64,000 bases of DNA from Blastocystis sp. Blastoise (lineage: Eukaryota > Protista > Bigyra: Opalinata), in contig JBBPEB010000014.1 of NCBI GenBank assembly GCA_039096225.1, positions 1,798,001-1,862,000 of the forward strand, given 5' to 3'. The stretch's first letter is position 1, and each line of letters begins with the position of its first letter. A program made the translations under genes and the position numbers. Shown here piece after piece: positions 21,481 to 34,735 of the stretch. Under the pieces are notes generated by a model. That model was not told the DNA's origin. It did not search any database and worked only from the letters and a program-made list of their open reading frames with translations.

Positions 21481-21868
21481 TCTCAGATAATAATAATAAT
21501 AATAATAATAATACATTTGCATTCCAATGAGAAATATAATCTACTTGAAGATGACCGAATTCATCCCATAAAGGTGATTTTGTTAATGAATATTTTGGTG
21601 GAATATCAATAGAACATTCAGGATGCCATTGTGGATAATAAATAGGAATAAAGACTTTAAAACGAACATAAACTGATTTATTAGTCAAAGGATCTTTTGC
21701 TTTTAAAGTAATTAATATGTCAAAACCATCAGTAGGTGGATAATTAGGATATAAATACTTTGAAGACTTAAAAACAGGATTTTCATTCAAAACACCGCCA
21801 ACATCATTGATAATGCGTTTTTGATTAACATAGCCTCCTGACTGTAATATTTTATAAAGAGCGTCCAT
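20375..21868 (-). CDS. TSG101/Vps23-like ESCRT-I subunit (UEV, coiled coil, SB box)
   Basis: N-terminal UEV-like IPIYYPQWHPEC...GHLQVDYISHW...SNL, then coiled-coil exons, then SB-like QMIDAYAAKQAYDVLFFKL...GKNQY. Confidence 0.7.
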
Positions 21869-22637
21869 AGTCAATTATTTATATTATATTAGACAAAAAA
21901 TATAGATTTATAAAAATAATAAAGCGACTACAAAAACTGGGAAATAGTAAAAGAGTCAGTAATTTTCAGCTATTTCCATGGGATAATGATTGTTTCGCGA
22001 TAATTCATAGTTTTTATAAATTCTGGAATAACTAGCTTTTAAAAAAGACTTGTATAATAAAAAAAATTATCAAAATCCTATTCAAAGACATATGTATGCA
22101 TTTATAATAGTTGCCTTAGAATGATTTTGGTGATTATCTTAAAGTTATATGAAGATGAATGTGAAAAAAATATCATAACAAGTGCCCAACATCTAGAGAT
22201 GAATATTGAATATATAGATAAGGATAATTAACAGCGACTTTGACTTATTTCAAGTAATAAACACAAAGAAAAAAAGAATAAGAATTATTTTTAAATTTAA
22301 AGTAAAAAAAATGAATATAATCAGAAATTTTTTCAAAGAACGATTTCCCATAAAAATACTAAAAATTGTCGTTTCGGTAAATCCATATGAAGACAAATAA
22401 AAAAAGGAAAAAAAAGAGAGTTTAAAAAAATTCTCATGGGGATTTCTCACTACAGTTTCTTCATAATACATAGTCGTCGGTCGTCCATACATAATTAGGT
22501 ATTTTCTTCGAGAAATTATGAATGGTAGAATCTGAAGTGTTTTTTTCCTGAAAAACTTCCTTCTTTGTTTTTTCTTTCCAATATTCTTATTTACTTTTTT
22601 TTGATAAAACAACTTAATATTTTGTATTTTTCAATAA

Positions 22638-23327
22638 ATGAATACAATGAATACAAAATTTTACATATTCTTTGTAAGTAGATGATTGCTTTACATTAAA
22701 ACTAACCTATATAGATGGTATTAGTTGTCTTTGCCAATGCTCAGACAGATTATTATTGTGAAGGAGACAACATTTGGCCTGATACAGCTGCTGGAAGAAG
22801 TAGAACTCTTGGTTGTACTATTGGTTACCTTGAAAGAAACTGTATCCAAATTAATGATCATGAAGCTGCTTGGGGTGAAATAATTGATAATGGTTGCTGT
22901 ATATATTTATATATATAGTTAGTGGATAACTTATATTTTTTTAGCTTGTGGTAAAACTGCTGATGTTCCTGTTGATATTCAAGTCAAACCTAACGAAATT
23001 GCTACTTTAGATTGTATGTCTGGTAGTATATTAGTTCCTTGTAATGCCACTGGTTGGTATAATTATAACGAAGTTGATTTTAATACTTGTGGTATATATT
23101 TTTATTTATATTATTGATTATTTTTCTAAACTATTACGAGTATCATTTTAATATTTTTTTTCCAATAGCTTGTACTGATGAAGGAATGTTCCCTGGTGTT
23201 TCAACTGAATCTACCTCAACTTCTGATTGTACATATGGTCAAGCCAGTAGATATTGTTCTTGGGGTTTTTGGGAAGAAGCTGATTACTCTATGTGTTGTA
23301 TTTATTTATTTTATTTTATTTTATTTA

Positions 23328-23358
<31 letters not shown>

Positions 23359-26300
23359 TTAATATATATATATTTATTTATATTTATTTATTTTATTATT
23401 AATTTTTAAATATATATATATATATATATATTATTTATATATTTATTTATTATATATATATATTATTTATATTTATTTATTTTATTATTAATTTCTAAAT
23501 ATATATATTATTTATATAGTTAATGTTGGTCATAATTGTACAAGAGATAATTATTTAAATCAAAAATTATTAATATCTCCTGAATTTCAAAGTAAAGATT
23601 TATATGAGAATAATCAGACTGCAAGAGTTTGTGTATATCCTATAGAATATTATTCAAAAGAACCTTGGCCTACTCGTGAACAAATCAAAGAGAATGGATT
23701 ATGTGAATATACATCATCTTCTTCTATTCCTACTTATTTCTTTGATTTCCATCTTCCTCGTAGTGGTCATTATTGGTTACATGTAATAGCAGATGTTGAT
23801 GATACTCCTGTTCCTATTCCTGCACTTACTTTACGTGAAGATAAAGAAGCTTATTTAGCTCTTATTCGTACTGCTGCTTGTATTTTAGAACCTACTGTTA
23901 TTGATAGTACTACGACTACTATTAATATTGCTTATATTGTTACTTGGCCTTTTTATTTTAAACCTAAAGTTAATATATATTATACAGATACTAAATATGA
24001 TACTCCTTATAATAGTACTTTATTACTTGTAACAAAAGATATTTCTGAAGAAGATTATTATTTCTTTGAAACTGGTGATCAATTAATTGATTTAAAGAAT
24101 AATACTGAGTATTATATATATATAATAGGTATAGATGGTCATAATGAAACCTTTGAAACTCCTATGGTTCCTAATATGATTATAGGTCATACTTATGATT
24201 ATTGTGTAGGTATTGAAGAGGATAATACATTAGAATATGGTCTTACTCCTGTATTAGATTATGGTCTTGTTCCTTGTTCTAAAGGATCTGTACAAAGATT
24301 ATGTAATAAGGGACCTAATTGGACAGCTTGGTATGGTGAAGAAATCAATGAATGTTATTGTACTCAAGCTATTATATATGATCATATGTTAGATGAAACG
24401 AAATATAAAGATAGTTATCCTATTGAATGTGGTAATGGTCCTGCTTCTGTTCCTTGTTTATTTAAGGGTATTTGGGGGGAATTTGAAGGATGCTGTATGC
24501 TTTTTTAAAATTTATTTATTTATTTATTTATTTATTTAATTTTATTATTAAATTTATTATATGTTATTTTTTTTTTATTATTTATTTATTATTTTTTTTT
24601 GAAATTTTATTTTTATTATTTATTTTGTTATTTATTAATTTCTTATTATTATTTATTATTTTTTTAAATAATAAATATAATAATAATTCATTCATAATAA
24701 TAATTATATATATAGCTTGTGGTCCTAATGATGATATATGGCAAGGCGAAGATCGTAATATTACTGAAGTATATTTCTGTGATACTGGTTCTATGATACG
24801 TGAATGTCCTTTATCTGGTTTTTGGTTAGATCCTATTAATATACGTTGTCAATGTCGTGCTGATGATTATTGGCCTCCTACTAATGTTAATACTCAATAT
24901 AATAAACAATGTTCTTCAGGTAGTCGTTCTAGAAATTGTAATAAATTTGGTCAATGGGAAGAACCTTCTATAGATGAATGTTATTGTTCTTCTATGAATA
25001 AATGGCCTATGACTCCTGCTGATACTACTTATACTCTTGAATGTCCTGTTGGTTCTTCTAGTCGTTATTGTGATATTTCTGGTCATTGGGAAGATATTAA
25101 TTATTCTCAATGTAGTTGTAGAGCTGAAGGTGATTGGGAAGAAACAGCTGCTGGTACTACTGCTACTATTTCTTGTGGTTCTGGTAGTATTACTCGTTTC
25201 TGTAGTATATATGGTATTTGGGATGCTCCTTCTACTAATAATTGTCAATGTGAATCTAATAATATATGGCCTGCTACTGATGCTGGTACTACTGCTACTG
25301 TTCCTTGTACTTCTTCTGATTCTAGTAGTACTGCTACTATGACTAGAAAATGTAATAGTAAAGGTCAATGGGAATCAACTGCTGATACTTCTAATTGTTA
25401 TCAAACATGTTCTCAAAATGGTGTTTTCTATCCTACTAGTGTTGGTCATACTCTTACGAGTATGTGTCCTAATAATGTTGATTTTGTAGAATTAGAATGT
25501 ACTTTAGATCCTATTAGTGGACCTACTTGGAGTGAACCTGTTATATATGGTGATTGTAATTGTCCTTATGATGGTATTTGGAGTCCTGTTCCTGCTGGAC
25601 AATATACTATTATTAATTGTGATATAGGTTATAAATATAGATATTGTAATCCTTATTTAACTGGTTGGGATGATGTTATTGATTTTGGTTGTCGTTGTGC
25701 TGCTGAAAATGGATTAGATATTACTACTAGTGGACAAAGTGTAGAAATACCTTGTGGTAAAGGTTCTAAGAAAGCTACATGTAGTGAAACAGGTAGTTGG
25801 GATATGATTGATATATCTACTTGTTCATGTACTAGTAGTCCTATATATGGTGAAGCTGTTGCTAATAGTACTAAATATAGTTATTGTCCTGAAGAAGGTT
25901 ATCGTACTATTGAATGTAATATTAATGGTCAATGGGAAAATGAAAATCTTGATAATTGTCAATGTAAAATACCTGATATATTAAAAGATATATATGATTC
26001 ATTACCTTTAGGTTCTCATTTAACTACTACTTGTGCTGATGGTACTGGTTATGAATATCAATGTGATAGTGATGGTAATACTGAAGTAATACAAAATGAT
26101 TGTTCTTGTGCTGCTGATCCTGAAAGAGGTTTAATTAAAACTTCTGCTGGTACTACATATATACAAACATGTGGTGTTGGTCGTATTCAAGCCAGATGTA
26201 ATGGATTAGGTCAATGGGAAAATTATATTAATAGTTGTTATTGTCCTACTACTGGTTCTTATGAAAGTGTTGCTATAGGTCAATGGTCTATTTCTAGTCA

Positions 26301-29300
26301 ATATAGTTGTCAAAGACGTTATTGTCAAGAAGATCGTACATGGAGTGATATAGATTATAGTCAATGTAGTTGTGGTGGTAATAATAATCCACTTTGGACT
26401 GAAGGTAAAGTAGGTGAATATGTACAAAATAGTAATGAATGTGGTGAAGGTTATATACAAGGTTTATGTAGTAAATCGGGTATTATAAATCTTGATTATA
26501 GTCAATGTCGTTGTGCTTCTGATTCTCTTCGACAATTACAATCTATTACTGTTGGTGAAATACATCCTAGTATAGAATGTTCTTCTGGTTATTCTAGTTA
26601 TCAATGTGTTTTTAATGGTCATACTGAATGGAAATTAATTAGTTCTACTTGTTTATGTGAACAATATGTTGATGGTATTGAATGGCCGTTATTAGCTAAT
26701 GTAGGTAGTTTTTATCATTTACCTTGTGGTTCTGGTATGGCTGTATATGAATGTTTACCTAATGGTGTATTTAGTCAACCTGATAATAGTCAATGTAGAT
26801 GTAAACCTGAATATGGATTTGAAGCTACTTTAGCTGGTTCTTCTTCTACTATGGATTGTCCTAATGATATTTCTGGTACTACTAAGATTGTTAGAGATTG
26901 TTTAGAAGGTGGTATTTGGGAAGATATTACTAGTGCTACTTCTTATTGTAAATGTCAACCTGAAGGTTATTATTTACTTAATGGTGAATCTCATTATACT
27001 TATCCTGAAACTTCTGCTAATAATGTTGTTTCTGTTACTTGTCCTAGTGATGCTACTAGAACAGTTGATAGAGTATGTGATATTTGGGGTAATTGGGGTA
27101 GTACTCAAGATAATTTATGTCCTTCTTATTGTGCTGCTGATGGTGTATGGGGAAGTGTTTTAGCTGTACAATCTATTGATAATAATCATCCTGAATTAGC
27201 TGCTAAGTATACTTGCCATAATGGTAAAACTATATTAAGATGGTGTTTACTTGATAATAATAATAATCCTATTTGGCAAGATGCTGATTGGACTGATTGT
27301 GGTTGTAATAGTGATACACTTTCTGATGCTGTATTATATTCTACTTCTACTGAATATACTCAAAGTGTTGAAATGAATTGTGAAATTGGTAGTTATACTA
27401 GAGAATGTAAATATGGTCGTTGGGAAGAACCTGATTATACTAATTGTCAATGTGCTGCTCCTGAAGATACTACTTATATTTATGAAAATACAAATCCTAA
27501 TACATATATATTATATGATTGTACTACTGGTTTTGTAGCTCAATATTGTGGTCCTAAAGGACAATGGATTGAAACTAATGCTATTAATACATGTAGTTGT
27601 AATACACAAATTGTTGAAGGTACACTTGAATTACCTCTTACACCTGCTGGTACTACTTATACTCATTCTTGTGATTCTGGTAATAAACAATATTCTTGTG
27701 GTGTTTATGGTGATTGGGAAACTCTTCCTATTAATAATAATTGTCAATGTATGAATAATGATATTACTTATGCTATTAATTCTGTATTACAAAATAATTG
27801 TCAAAAAGAAAATACTTATGCTTATTCTATTTGTTTAACAACTGGTCATTTTGGTGTTAGTAATGTAAATACTTGTCAATGTTATGAAGATAGTTTCTGG
27901 GGTGAAGCTGTTGCTAATAGTAAGACTACTACTACTTGTTCTTCTCAAGGTACATTAACTAGAGAATGTTTAGTTACTGGATGGAGTAGTACTATTACAA
28001 ATGATAATTGTTATTGTACTATGACTGGATTTGAAGATACTAATTTAGGTACTACTGGTAATGGTTCTTGTGATGAATATTATGATGGTAATAAATATGC
28101 TAAATGTTTAATGAATGGTTATTATGATACTACTATAGATAATACTCATTGTATACCTTATTGTCCTATTGATAATGAATGGCAACGTACTAAACCTGAT
28201 AGTACAGCTACTTTATCTTGTCCTGATGGTCAATATGGTAGTATTACTAGATATTGTAATCCTGATGGTACTTGGTCTACTGATTCTATTACTACATGTA
28301 CTTTTGCTTCTTGTCCTGCTGATAATGGATTTACTTCTGTTGTTGGTGGTCAAACTGCTAGTAAGAATTGTGAAGATGGTTATTCTGGTAGTATTACTCG
28401 TCGTTGTAATAATGATGGTACATGGGAAGTAGAAGATAATAGTCAATGTATACGTATTATATGTAGTGATGATGAAGATGAAGCTTTATCAAATACTGTT
28501 ATTACTAAATTATGTCCTACTGGTTATATTGGTTCTATAAAGAAAACATGTAATAATGATGGTACATTTAGTATTGTTGATACTTGTACTTTATTAATGT
28601 GTCCTGCTGTTGTTGGTCTTGTATCTTCTAAACCTTATAATACTACTGTACAAGTTTCTTGTCCTGTTGGTTATACTGGTTTCCAAACATTAAGATGTAA
28701 TAGTTTAGGTAATTGGGATACTATATATTTTGAATGTTCATTAATTTTACCTACTTTAACTTGTAGACCTTCGGATCAAGCTATAGATGTTTCACGTACT
28801 AGTCTTGTTAATAATATATATACTATTTCTTGTGAATCAAATGTACCTATTCTTAATGTTAATAATGATAATAATACACTTATGAATGTTTATTTAACTT
28901 TTACTACTAGTGATTCTCATTTAATTTATCCTACAACTAGTATTAAAACATCTGAATATATATATTCTTTTGATTTTATTGGTAATTTACCATCAAATGC
29001 TGAAGGTTATTTATTTATTCAACATTCTACATTTGATTCTGAATATTATAGTTTCCCTATGGCTCCTCAAATAACTAAATTTACTACTATTGGTGGTCTT
29101 CCCTTAGCACCTATTGCTATTGATTCTTCATTAATTACTATACAAACTATTAATATAGAGGAAGGTACTGCTGATATTATTGTTACTTGTGAATATGATA
29201 ATCAATATCATGATAATGCTGAAATTGTTATTGGTGGTAGTTATTTACAACCTATAGAATTTGTAGGTAAACAAGTTACTATTTCTGGATTATTCTTAAG

Positions 29301-31053
29301 TTCTGAAGTTGAATTATATTGGAGAGTACATAATACTTATGGTTGGTCTGATTATAGTAGTATTACTGCTTATACTCCTGTTAGTAGACCTGGCCAACCT
29401 GGTAAACCTACTATATCTACTTATGCTGCTACTACTATTGATTATACTTGGACACCTGCTGCTGAATATGGTGAATCTATTAGTTATTATACTTATCAAG
29501 TATATTATACTATTCGTGGTGCTTTAAGAAATGGTCCTTCTGGTCAAACTGAAACAAATACTGTTTCTTTAACTTTTAGAGCAAATCAACTTGTTTCTAT
29601 TATAGTTATTGCTTGTAGTACAAGTGGTTGTGGTCCTGAGTCTGAACGTTCTGATGAATATCTTATTCCTTCTACATTAAAAGCACCTTCTTCTCCTGAA
29701 AATCTTGCTGCTAATGCTTATAGTGCTTCTTCTGTTAAATTAACTTGGTCTGAACCTACTACTACTGGTGGTACTCAAATTACTGGCTATTATATTTCTC
29801 AATATTTAAATGATGTTATAATATATAGTACTACTACAACTTCTATGAATATTATTATAGATGCTGAAAATGGTATTGATTATGTTTATACTGTATATGC
29901 TAGTAATAGTGTAGGTGATAGTCAAAGTGCTGTTATTACTTATCAATTACCTGAATATCTTGAAACATTTAAAGGTTATTATTCTGATGGTGTTATTACT
30001 GTAGCTGTTAAATCACCTTATAGTTTATATTTATCATGTATATTAACTAAACAATCAGATCCTACTACTTCTTATACTAAAACTTCTACTGTTTCTAAAA
30101 ATATACTTACTAAATATTCTTATTCTTATTTAGAAGCTGATACTATATATAATGAAGTATGTACTATTAATGAAATTAAATCTGGTTATGTATTTACTAA
30201 AGAAATGTCTCATAAGACCTTAAAAACACCTGATGTATTACCTATTGTTATTAATAGTGCTCTTACTTCTAGAGGTAGTTTCTATAATTTATATGTAGCT
30301 TATGATTATGCTGGTATTGTTACTTGTACAATTAGTAATAATATGAATGATGAACCTATGACACCTGAAGAATATAATAATTATGAAACTTATGGATGTT
30401 CTATGGAACATAATGCTGATGGTTGTGTTCTTGATTTCTTAACAGATAATAACGGTAATACATTTACTAGTGGTCGTCAATATTATTTCTGGTGTTATCA
30501 TGAAAGAACTGTTGTTGTTAATAATGTTCCTACAACTTATTTATACCCTGAAAATAATAATAATAATAGAAGAAGATTATTATCTATAGATGATTCTACT
30601 GAATCTATGTTTGATATTATATCTATTACTCCTAGTGAATATAGTCTTAATATTAATCCTCATGATCCTATTGAAATTCTATTTAATGATAATGTTATGG
30701 GTAATGATGGTAAAATTACTTTATATAGTAATAGTGGCGATATTATTAGTATTACTGGTAATAGTAAGAATGTTATTTGTAAAAATAAACAATGTTCTAT
30801 TTATTTTACTAATGGATTAATGAATAATGAAACTTATGCTTTAAGTATTGAATCAAATGCATTTATTAATAAAGTTACAAATCAACCCTTAATAGAATCT
30901 ATTAATCAATATATATTCCAAACAGGTAAGAAATCATGTACTCCTGATTATATTGTTAGTGGATTAGAAGATAATAGATTATGTCAATGTTATAGTATTG
31001 AAGATAAATGTGAATGTGCTTGTGGATCAACTATGATTCTGAGAGATTTATAA
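22638..31053 (+). CDS. giant secreted Cys-rich repeat protein (about 2602 aa): HRM-like repeats, FN3 domains, C-terminal Ig-like (Big_5-like) and Cys module
   Basis: Exons 22638-22673, 22715-22898, 22945-23091, 23169-23297, 23520-24494 and 24716-31053 total 7809 nt in frame. Signal-peptide-like start, about 30+ repeats of C-x-D-x-W-x2-T-x7-C-x6-R-x-C-x3-G-x-W-x6-C, and FN3 motifs (PSSPENL...VKLTWSEP...YTVYASNSVG). Confidence 0.9.
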
Positions 31054-32080
31054 ATATATTTATATATTATTTATATTATATTTATATATGTTTAAAATAA
31101 TTTAAAAGAAAAAAATATATATCTATTTTATATAATTAATATCTTATATGATTTTATATCATATATTTTATTTGTTATTTATTTGTTTCTAATTTAATAT
31201 GTTTATATATATGTTTATTTGTTTTTATTCTATCTCTCAATATCTCTTTTTATTCTGTTAATTCACTTTATATAATGTATATTCCATTCTTATATTTCTC
31301 TCTTCTTTATTTTCATATATATGTATATATATTTGTATTATATCTATATATATATGTATATAAAATATATCTATAAATAATATTTTATTTTTATTAAAAT
31401 ATATAAAAGAAGTTTTATTTATATATATTTAGATATAATTGGTCTATATTTATTGTGTTTTTTGTAACATTTTTTTTTTCATTTAGTTTGTACTTCATAT
31501 ACATATAGTAACCTTCTCTATATATGTGTGTGTTTCGCTATTCGTTCTTCTATTCTTCTCTTCATTTTAAATCAATAATTTCCTTTTTTTTATACATTTC
31601 TATTTCCCTTTTTTTTATTATTTATATAAAAATAAAATTAGTATTTATCTATTCAATTCTTATGATTCTATATTGTGTTTTGTTTGCTTTTTGCGTTCTT
31701 CTATTTCAATGATGCCTAAATGGAGGACATAAAACAAGATTTGCTATAAAATGTATTGATGAAATAGATCAGTTGACATTTCTATAACAGTAAATGTTTT
31801 CCATCTCTTTTCTGAGTGTTATCATATATTTCTCACAATATATTGGTTGTAATGAAGCAAATTTCAAATTAAGATTAGAGTCAAATACTGACAAATTATG
31901 AAGATAATGAAACCTTGAAATAAAAAGAATATAAATTTGATTAATAATATATTTATTTCTTCTTTGAACAATATTAATCTATAAATTCTAGTTTAAAAAA
32001 CGTTATTGAAATAACGAAAAAAAATTCAACTGAAAGTTTTACTTATTATTCTTTTTTTTAGTGACATATTTAAAAAAAAT

Positions 32081-33236
32081 ATGTCATTTGTGTATGTACT
32101 CTGTAGGAACTGTCGGGTATATAAAAAAGTATTATTATTTTATTGATTTATTATAGCATCCCACAGTTGAAGAGTGCAAATTGGATGCAAAAGATGTTTC
32201 AATATATGGATCAAATGAAACTGTACGTATACGTACTGGGAAAAAGGTATATTACTCTAGAGTTGATCTAATCATTTAAGGTATTTGCTTGTTCTGTATG
32301 TAATGAGTATGATATGATCTCTATTCAAGAGTGTTTTTGTTATAAATGTAATAAATATGTTTCTCTTCAAGAAATAACAGTTTGTGAAGTAATTTAATCA
32401 TTTTATTTTATTATATATCTTCTAAAGGAGTGTGGAGCTTTTGCATTTGAAATTGAATACTTGGCTCATGTCTCAAACAATCATGATGAGAATGCTGAAC
32501 TAGGTGAAAATCAAGAATGTATGATTTCTTGTGCTTGTACAGATTGTAATTGGATGATCTATTTGCCTTGTAATCATCAATGTTGTCTTGAATGTTTTTG
32601 TGATTATTTAAAGGTATACTAAAATAGTTTTTATTGTTTTTATTATTCTATTGATTGAAATGCAATTATTTTTATAAATGAATATGGATTCTATTTATAA
32701 ATATATATATTATTCTAGAATTGTTGTCTTGATCAATCAAATATTTATTTCGAATCTGAAATTGATGATTTTGTCATTAATTGCTTTGCAGATTGTGATT
32801 ATTCATATTCGATTGATTTATTACGATTAACTGGAGAACGGTTTTGGTCTAATTTCTCATATCGCGCTAATTGTTCACGTCTTATTAAAGCACAAGGAGG
32901 TATATTATTATGAATTATTATTATTATTTATTATTATTGTAATTATTATAGATATTATTGGAATAAGAATAATTATTATTTATTATTATTTATTATTATT
33001 ATAGCTATTATTATAGATATTATTGTAATTATGCTTTTTAAGTCATATAATTCATATTTTAATTATATATTACACTTATATATACTTATATAATAATAAT
33101 AGGATATATATGTCCGTTAACATGTTGTGGGGGTGGCATAACGGGTTTAAAACCGATTTCTGAACAACCAATCATATTCTGTCCTTTTTGTAAACGATTT
33201 GTGTGTAGACATTGTATATATATATATATATATATA

Positions 33237-33331
<95 letters not shown>

Positions 33332-34021
33332 TGTTTATAATTCGATTATGTAGTGTATTTTAACTTATATATATATATAATGTATTATATATATAGGTAA
33401 TTCTGAGGCTTTGAATCAAGTGTGTCCATCTCTATCTACTGATGAATTATTAAAAACAAGTGTTCGTTATTGTCCGAAGTGTCACACCCCAGTCACTCAT
33501 TACTTTGGAAATGGAGTATATATATATATATAATTATTATAGTATTATTTTACTATTCTGTTCTAATATGTACAATTATATTATTCTCTTTTATATTATT
33601 TTATTATTCTCTTTTATATTATTTTATTATAATATTATTATTATAATATTTAAAAATTCAAATAATTTATTAAGAATATCGTGTGAATTATATTATTATT
33701 TTATATTTATTTTTATATTAATAATAGTGTCACCACATTGGTATTGACGGAGGGTGCGTCGGATGCAGACAACGAGGGGAAATCTTTCATTGGTATATCT
33801 ATACATATATATAATATTTATTGAATAATAATAGATTTCATTATTCTCTATTCTATTTTCTTTTTCTATAATCTATATAATCTATATAATCTATATAATA
33901 TATACAATATAATATATAATAATTATATGTATATAGGTGTTATTATTGTTTAAAGGGAGGATCAGAGTACCCCGAATCGTGTAAGAAGAACCATTGGTGG
34001 TGTAAGAAAGATGGATGTGAC

Positions 34022-34067
<46 letters not shown>

Positions 34068-34183
34068 ATCATGATTATTATATATAATTAATAAAATATA
34101 TATAATATTTATATATTAATAATAATAAAAAATAATATGTATAATTAGAATCCGAATTCTGATACTATTTTTTTAATAAATAA

Positions 34184-34229
<46 letters not shown>

Positions 34230-34300
34230 TATGCATGCCATGTCCAAAATGTAATGAAAATAATAAAACAGGAAAACCGTGGAAATGTGATTGTAGATAA
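32081..34300 (+). CDS. parkin-like RBR E3 ligase (RING0-RING1-IBR-RING2; no Ubl)
   Basis: Spliced product: MSFVYVLCRNC; LPCNHQCCLECFCDY...FVINCFADC...LLRLTGE; QGGYICPLTCCGGG...CPFCKRFVCRHC; CPKCHTPV...GNGCHHI; HWCYYC...NHWW. TAA at 34298-34300. Confidence 0.8.
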
Positions 34301-34735
34301 GTCAATAAAGTCATAATTCTTCTATTTTATTTTCTTGTATTTATTTGTTACTTTAAGCTATCTTTATTTTTTTCTACTTTTTCTTTTAAAATCCACATTC
34401 CAGGGTTTATTATAGAATTTCAAATATTCTATTTTTTCTCTTTTATTATTATCAAATACATTACTAATATTGTATTACTTTATTCATTATAAAATGGTTT
34501 TTTTTCTCCATGATTATTATGTGAACAAATAAATATGTTTTGTTATCATTAGTGTGACTCAATTAAATAATTCATTTATACGATCTATAATATAGTTAAT
34601 ATAACTTTGTTTATTATTTCTCTATATTACAAAACTATACAAATACAATATACATAATAAAGAAAATAGAATGAAGAATATATAGAAACAATAAATATAT
34701 ATTTTATTTTGATTTGTATAAGAATCTTTTGTAAT

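Noticed and set aside
24916-30820. Overlapping and antisense ORFs within the giant gene
   Set aside because: Shadow frames caused by extreme NNT codon bias; low-complexity translations.
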